Below are positions 31,824 to 36,663 of a stretch of DNA of 36,663 nt, piece after piece (position 1 is the stretch's first letter; every line of letters begins with the position of its first letter). Location of the stretch: contig VGKZ01000001.1 of the NCBI GenBank assembly GCA_016866815.1, positions 1 to 36,663 of the forward strand. The letters run 5' to 3'. The notes below the pieces were generated by a model. It was given only the letters and a program-made list of their open reading frames with translations, ran no database searches and had not been told where the DNA came from. The DNA comes from Candidatus Peregrinibacteria bacterium. Lineage in GTDB: Bacteria > Patescibacteriota > Gracilibacteria > Peribacterales > Peribacteraceae. The translations under genes were made by a program, and so were the position numbers.

Positions 31824-32990
31824 ATGCGCATCGCTTACGTTACCCATACGCGGTTCCCGACGGAGAAGGCCCATGGCCATCAGGTGGCGCAGGTGTGCAG
31901 TGCCCTCGCCGCACTGGGTCACACGGTGACACTTGTCGTGCCGGATGTTCAAACAGGCGTCCGTCAGGATGCTTTTGCCTACTACGGGCTGCCGAAGAAT
32001 TTTTCCATCGAGAAAATCCATGCGTTCGACGCGCTTCATCATCCGTTGGTACCTGGTGCTCTCGCATTTCTCCTCAGTATGCGGTCGTACCGGAAATCAC
32101 TTCGCAATATTCTTTCCAAAAGGCGTTTTGATCTTCTGTACGCGCGGTCTCCGGTCATTCTGCCCACACTCGTTGAATCCGGAATGCCGGTGATCATAGA
32201 GCTGCATACGTTGCCCCGCAGGGGAAAGAGCGGTTTTGTGAAGTGGTGCAACCGCTGCAAGCGCGTGGTGTGCCTGACGACGCCGATGCGCGATGCGCTG
32301 GTCGGTTGGGGAGTCGCGAAGAAGAAAACGATGATCGAAGGTGATGCGGTTGATCTTGCACGCTTTGCAAAGCCTCTTGCGAAGTCTGCAGCAAAGAAAC
32401 ATCATCGGCTTCCTGCCGACAGTGTCGTGGTCGGATACGTCGGTTCACTCGTGACATTCGATCGTTTGCAGAAAGGAGTCGATCTCCTTGTCCGCGCTCT
32501 TGCTCGTATGAAGAAACAACATGTTCCCGTATTCGGTTTCATCGTCGGCGGTCCCGTGAAGTGGAGCGAACGGTACAGGAAGCTGGGGTACAGTCTCGGC
32601 CTCACACATCACGAAGTTCAATTTCATGTGGCGCTTCCCTCCAAACAGGTTCCTTCCGCACTCGCGGCGTGTGACATTCTGGTCTATCCGGCTCCCGCAT
32701 CCAAACATCCGTATTTCCGCCGCGACACATCACCGCTGAAACTCTTTGAGTACATGGCTGCGGGCGTACCCGTTGTTTGCGCCGATATTCCTCCCGTTCG
32801 CGATGTCGTCGATGCCACGATGGTGCGTTTTGCCGAGCCGGGAAGTCTTGCGTCCATAGCGGGGGGTATCAAGCACATACTGGAGAAGCCGAAAGAAGCC
32901 GCTGCGCGCGCGAAGAAGGCAAAAGAGGCGATGAAGGAGTACACCTGGGAGAAGCGGATGAAGCGTATCCTCGCGGGGTTATCGTCCTAG
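31824..32990 (+). CDS. GT4 family glycosyltransferase
   Basis: Motifs seen: MRIAYVTHTRFPTEKAHGHQV, VGYVGSL, SPLKLFEYMAAGVPVVCADIPP. Confidence 0.85.
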   Translation: MRIAYVTHTRFPTEKAHGHQVAQVCSALAALGHTVTLVVPDVQTGVRQDAFAYYGLPKNFSIEKIHAFDALHHPLVPGALAFLLSMRSYRKSLRNILSKRRFDLLYARSPVILPTLVESGMPVIIELHTLPRRGKSGFVKWCNRCKRVVCLTTPMRDALVGWGVAKKKTMIEGDAVDLARFAKPLAKSAAKKHHRLPADSVVVGYVGSLVTFDRLQKGVDLLVRALARMKKQHVPVFGFIVGGPVKWSERYRKLGYSLGLTHHEVQFHVALPSKQVPSALAACDILVYPAPASKHPYFRRDTSPLKLFEYMAAGVPVVCADIPPVRDVVDATMVRFAEPGSLASIAGGIKHILEKPKEAAARAKKAKEAMKEYTWEKRMKRILAGLSS

Positions 32991-33647
32991 CATTTTTTTC
33001 GCTCGCCACAATCCGTAGGCAGCATTGCGGAGGAGCATCATTCCCATGTTGCGCACGGGGGTTGCCTTTCCTCTGACGGCGTACGTGATGCCGTGCACAA
33101 AACCGATGCTGTGAAATGCGTTCCCGCGATAGAGATGATCTTCGATCACTTTCCACGGTCCCGGCATCGTGGAATCATGGAATGCTACCACGCCTCCTTC
33201 GATGAGATGCTGCTGCCACACGCGCAGATCTTCGAGAACGAATTCATACTCATGCGCTCCGTCTATCCAGAGAAGCTCCACAGGTTTCTGCCATGTCTTC
33301 CCGATGTCTTGTGAACGCGCGCGAACAGGCTCCACCATATCGGCAACGCCGTTGCGTTCGATGTTCTTCAGAAATTCCGCATACGTATCCACCTTGCCAT
33401 GCTCGGAAGAGCCTGTGTGCGGATCGATCGCGGTGATATGCGTTCCTGCGCCTTTGCGTGAACCCAGAGCGAGGCATGTGGTGGATTTCCCCTTCCACGA
33501 ACCGATCTCCACGATGGCACCCTTACCCGTGCATTCACTGGAGAGCCTGAAGAGCAGATCGGCTTCACGATCGGAAAGCCACCCATCCATGCCGCGGAGA
33601 ATCGCGTGGTCAAATGCAGGCCTGTGCCAGGGCAGATACTCTTTCAT
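32979..33647 (-). CDS. class I SAM-dependent methyltransferase (Methyltransf_24-like)
   Basis: Motifs seen: GWLSDREADLLFRLS, GAIVEIGSWKGKSTTCLALG, LLWIDGAHEYEFVLEDL, GGVVAFHD. Confidence 0.85.
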   Translation of the reverse strand: MKEYLPWHRPAFDHAILRGMDGWLSDREADLLFRLSSECTGKGAIVEIGSWKGKSTTCLALGSRKGAGTHITAIDPHTGSSEHGKVDTYAEFLKNIERNGVADMVEPVRARSQDIGKTWQKPVELLWIDGAHEYEFVLEDLRVWQQHLIEGGVVAFHDSTMPGPWKVIEDHLYRGNAFHSIGFVHGITYAVRGKATPVRNMGMMLLRNAAYGLWRAKKMLGR

Positions 33648-33663
33648 CGCGTCGGAGTATAGC

Positions 33664-34740
33664 TCACGGTTTGTTCAAGAAAGGAGCGATATACTCCGCG
33701 GATTTTCGGATACTCTCCGGACTTGGATGCACGGTGTCCCAGGGGAGTGTTTCCACAGTGTTTCCGAACAGATCATACAGATCGATCACGGTGAAACCAT
33801 TCGCTTCTGCTGCCTCCCTCAGGCTCGGCCTGGTTGCGGTATGCATATTGTTGTCCGGCCATATGACGAAGAAACGTCGCTCCGGGAGTATGCGGGAGAA
33901 TGAGCGCAGTATTCTGCCGTACTCTTCCAGGTGTTTCGCATTCACCGTTTCCTGTTCCGCAACGACGGGTGTGCGATCGACCTTCTGTTTCGTTTTGCTC
34001 TGACGGAGATTGATGATTTTCTTCATTGCCTTATACAGTGCACTGTGAGAATTCAACCAGCACTGACGGGGGATGATGCTGAGTATCCCCTCTGTTATCG
34101 GCATGCAGTCGTCCTGTCCCGGTTGCCAGTCATGGGAGCGGAGAATTCCCATCTCATCCAGTTTGCCAGGCAGAAAACCGTCGAGGTCGTTCCAGAAGAA
34201 CACGATTACGACGGCATCCGGATTCATCTCTGCGATTTTGGTTTCATATGCGGCGACTTCCATCGTTAAGGAATAACCAGGGACAGCAGCGTTGATGACG
34301 CTGTGGTCCGGTTGAAGTTGCTCAAGCTGTGCGGCGAGGGTTTCATCGTTATCGACGCCGTAGCCGAAGGTCACTGAGTCACCGAGGAGGACGATGACGG
34401 GCTGTTGGTTGTTGGTTCTTGATTGTTGAGCAGCGTTCAAGCGGAATCCGTGTGCATCGGTACTCACGTGGGCTTTGTAGGCCGGTTCACGATCAAGGTT
34501 TGGTTTGAGCTCGTAGCTGATGCGCGGGTCTTCACTGGTTTGATAGATCTGCGGAGGATTGGGCTGCACAGTCTGGAGTCCGGTGATGCGGAGAGTGCAT
34601 TCCACGCCTGCAATGAACAGAACGACAGAACCGACTACGAGTATGCCGTTGATAAAAAAGGGCCGAATTGTCAAATGACTGGATAGTGAAGTGGTTCGCA
34701 AACGAGTAGCACGATACTGCAAAACCATCCAATCATCCAA
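33664..34740 (-). CDS. SGNH/GDSL hydrolase-family protein (membrane-anchored; candidate glycan O-acetyl esterase or transferase)
   Basis: It has an N-terminal TM helix. Block I is VIVLLGDSVTFGYG, a later block is VVIVFFWNDL, and the C-terminal block is DTVHPS. Confidence 0.8.
   Translation of the reverse strand: MDDWMVLQYRATRLRTTSLSSHLTIRPFFINGILVVGSVVLFIAGVECTLRITGLQTVQPNPPQIYQTSEDPRISYELKPNLDREPAYKAHVSTDAHGFRLNAAQQSRTNNQQPVIVLLGDSVTFGYGVDNDETLAAQLEQLQPDHSVINAAVPGYSLTMEVAAYETKIAEMNPDAVVIVFFWNDLDGFLPGKLDEMGILRSHDWQPGQDDCMPITEGILSIIPRQCWLNSHSALYKAMKKIINLRQSKTKQKVDRTPVVAEQETVNAKHLEEYGRILRSFSRILPERRFFVIWPDNNMHTATRPSLREAAEANGFTVIDLYDLFGNTVETLPWDTVHPSPESIRKSAEYIAPFLNKP
34403..34430. repeat. heptamer array TGTTGGT TGTTGGT TCTTGAT TGTTGAG
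   Basis: It lies inside the SGNH gene and is translated on the minus strand as QQSRTNNQQP, just before the GDS block. Confidence 0.85.
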
Positions 34741-34759
34741 CCATCTGACTACTGTATTG

Positions 34760-36622
34760 CTAATCCAATTCGAATTTTTCCAGGTATTCTTTGCTCTTCA
34801 GGATGCGGTTTTCAGGCATTTTCGTCTTCTCCAATAGGAAACTTCCCATGATGAGGTAATCCATGTGCGTATTCAGGAAACAGTTGAGCGCATCGCGCGG
34901 TGACTCCACGATCGGTTCCCCGCGGACATTGAACGAAGTGTTGATGATAACGGGACAGCCGGTCTGCTCTTCGAATGCTTTGATCAGGTCGTAGTAGAGT
35001 GGATTTTGATCGCGGTTGATGGTCTGGATACGCGCAGACCCGTCGACGTGCGTCACGGCGGGGATCTTGTCGCGTTTGTCCGGGTGAACGTCGGCGACCA
35101 GGAGCATGTACGGACTTTCGCGATCGAGCGCGAACCACTCTGCAGTTTTTTCCTCCAGTACCGTCGGTGCGAACGGGCGGAAGCTCTCGCGGAATTTGAT
35201 TTTCAGATTCACTTTCTGCCAGTTGTCTTTGTTGCGTGCATCGGCAATGATCGAGCGGTTCCCCAGCGAGCGGGGACCGTACTCCATGCGCCCCTGGAAC
35301 CATCCTATGACGTTGGTGCCGGTGAGGAGTTTTGAGCTTTGAGCGATGAGCTGTGAGCGATGAGAGAATTTCGTATAGAGAAGATTTTGTTGTTTGAGGA
35401 ATGTTTCGATTGCATCGTCGGAATAGTCATTACCGAGATAGACGTTTTCCATGCGCGATGTCCCTGAGCCTCCGTATTTTTTGTACCAAATCGACAGTGC
35501 CACGCCGAGCGCGCCTCCTGCATCGCCGGATGCCGGCTGAATCCAGATGTCTCTGAAGAGCCCGGATCGCAGAATCTTGCCGTTAGCGACGCAATTGAGC
35601 GCTACGCCACCCGCAAGGCACAGGTATTCGCTCTTCGTGACGTCCTTCGCATGACGGACGATGCCCATCATCACCTCTTCGGTGATTTCCTGCAGCGAGC
35701 GCGCGACGTCCTTGTGGAATTGTTCCAGCGAAGACTCCTGTTTCCTGCGTGGTTGTCCGAAAAGCCCTTCCATTGCGCCTCCGGTCATCGTCAAGCCGTG
35801 CTCGTAGGAGAAATACTTCATGTTCAGACGGTACGAACCATCCGGTTTGAGTTCGATCAGCTCATGCATTTCCTTCATATACTTCGGTTCTCCGTACGGC
35901 GCGAGACCCATCACTTTGTACTCCGCACTGTTCACTTTGAACCCGAGGTAGTACGTGATGGCGGAGTACAGAAGCCCGAGCGAGTGCGGGTAGTGAATCT
36001 CCTTGAGCAGCGTGACGTCGTTGCCAGTGCCTTTGCCGATGGTCGTTGTGGCCCACTCGCCTACGCCGTCCACCGTCACGACGGCGGCATCGGGAAAACC
36101 GCTGCAGTAAAAGGCGGATGCAGCGTGCGATTCATGGTGCGGAACGTAGAGAATGTCTCCTGCATACTGCAGCTCCTTTCGGATACGATCTGCTATCCAA
36201 AGTTTCTTCGTCATCCATTCCTTCATTGCCGGGAGAAACTGCGTGAGGCCGCGCGGCCACATCTTGATCGCGGTCGGCAGTATCCGGTCGAGGAATTTCA
36301 GGAGAGGTTTTTCGTAGAAGCCGACGCATGCGACATCCCTCATCGTGATTCCGGCGTGCCTTAGAGCCTGTTCAATAGCGTGTACGGGCAGTGATTCATC
36401 CTGCTTTTTCCGCGTGTAGCGTTCCTCCTGCGCTGCGAACAGGATCTCACCATCGCGTAGCAGCACGGCTGCAGCATCGTGGTAGTCGCAGGAGATGCCG
36501 AGAATGTAGACGGGATTGGACGTAGGACGTAGGGCGTAGGGGATAGGGCGTAGGGCTGAGAGGGGCTCTCTCAAAATTGTCGTTCCATGGATTGCGTTGT
36601 CTGCGGCTCGGAGGGAATCCAA
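34760..36622 (-). CDS. carbamoyltransferase (NodU/CmcH family)
   Basis: Motifs seen: ILGISCDYHDAAAVLLRDGEILFAAQEERYTRKK, HHESHAASAF, GWFQGRMEYGPRSLGNRSIIADAR, FRPFAP, INTSFNVRGEPIV. An N-terminal extension of about 40 aa contains a heptamer array. Confidence 0.9.
   Translation of the reverse strand: MDSLRAADNAIHGTTILREPLSALRPIPYALRPTSNPVYILGISCDYHDAAAVLLRDGEILFAAQEERYTRKKQDESLPVHAIEQALRHAGITMRDVACVGFYEKPLLKFLDRILPTAIKMWPRGLTQFLPAMKEWMTKKLWIADRIRKELQYAGDILYVPHHESHAASAFYCSGFPDAAVVTVDGVGEWATTTIGKGTGNDVTLLKEIHYPHSLGLLYSAITYYLGFKVNSAEYKVMGLAPYGEPKYMKEMHELIELKPDGSYRLNMKYFSYEHGLTMTGGAMEGLFGQPRRKQESSLEQFHKDVARSLQEITEEVMMGIVRHAKDVTKSEYLCLAGGVALNCVANGKILRSGLFRDIWIQPASGDAGGALGVALSIWYKKYGGSGTSRMENVYLGNDYSDDAIETFLKQQNLLYTKFSHRSQLIAQSSKLLTGTNVIGWFQGRMEYGPRSLGNRSIIADARNKDNWQKVNLKIKFRESFRPFAPTVLEEKTAEWFALDRESPYMLLVADVHPDKRDKIPAVTHVDGSARIQTINRDQNPLYYDLIKAFEEQTGCPVIINTSFNVRGEPIVESPRDALNCFLNTHMDYLIMGSFLLEKTKMPENRILKSKEYLEKFELD
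35331..35365. repeat. heptamer array TTTGAGC TTTGAGC GATGAGC TGTGAGC GATGAGA
   Basis: It lies inside the carbamoyltransferase gene and is translated on the minus strand as SHRSQLIAQSSKL. Confidence 0.85.
36515..36563. repeat. G-rich heptamer array ATTGGAC GTAGGAC GTAGGGC GTAGGGG ATAGGGC GTAGGGC TGAGAGG
   Basis: Seven units on the + strand, translated on the minus strand as PLSALRPIPYALRPTSN. It lies immediately upstream of the conserved YILGIS core. Confidence 0.85.
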
Positions 36623-36663
36623 TACGTTTCCGAATGCACGCGGTTCCGGAACAGTCCTGCACA

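Noticed and set aside
1-36663. Alternative genetic code (UGA recoding, as in Gracilibacteria/Absconditabacteria)
   Set aside because: Genes terminate cleanly at TGA, including four ATGA stop/start overlaps. No family-conserved protein is interrupted by in-frame TGA.

Overview
The window reads as standard code: long ORFs end in TGA, TAA or TAG, and four gene junctions are ATGA overlaps. GC looks moderately high by eye (not computed). The gene content suggests a Patescibacteria/CPR-like bacterium; this is an inference from small housekeeping genes, rpsF-rpsR without ssb or rplI, a DUF1858-HesB fusion and a pilin-like mini-protein.

Left third (1-13.4 kb), housekeeping genes:
- a partial exported protein
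- DUF1858/HesB Fe-S protein
- RNase HI-family protein
- VanW
- RecO
- FtsX
- TPR protein
- small pilin-like membrane protein
- class A PBP with Ig-like C-terminal domains
- YebC
- S18 and S6
- one intact tRNA-Thr(GGU) and a second copy interrupted by two insertions
- SufU and SufS

Right two thirds (13.5-36.6 kb), a glycan-biosynthesis/glycosylation island of about 23 kb:
- three large polytopic GT-C-like membrane proteins
- two polyprenyl-phosphate-sugar-synthase-like GT2 enzymes, one followed by a DUF2304 mini-membrane protein
- seven GT4/GT1 enzymes
- an exostosin-like GT and a GT-A-like DxD protein
- RmlA and RmlB, without RmlC or RmlD
- a tailoring operon: carbamoyltransferase, SGNH hydrolase, SAM methyltransferase

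No transposase, integrase, CRISPR array, toxin-antitoxin pair or recognisable defence genes were seen.

The unusual signals are at DNA level:
1. At least 12 short degenerate heptanucleotide tandem arrays. Seven lie inside glycan-tailoring CDSs, and the G/T-rich ones are always G/T-rich on the + strand whatever the gene orientation.
2. NNAAGCT heptamer arrays that carry TAAGCT -10-like boxes in two divergent promoter regions of the island.
3. A 30-bp perfect palindrome inserted in frame (10 codons) in yebC. A second copy forms the hairpin between the converging PBP and yebC genes, next to a 2 x 61-bp tandem duplication.
4. A tRNA-Thr duplicate split by a 20-bp perfect palindrome in the T-loop and a 49-nt insert in the D-arm.
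5. -10-like hexamers only 6-9 nt upstream of several start codons, suggesting leaderless mRNAs.
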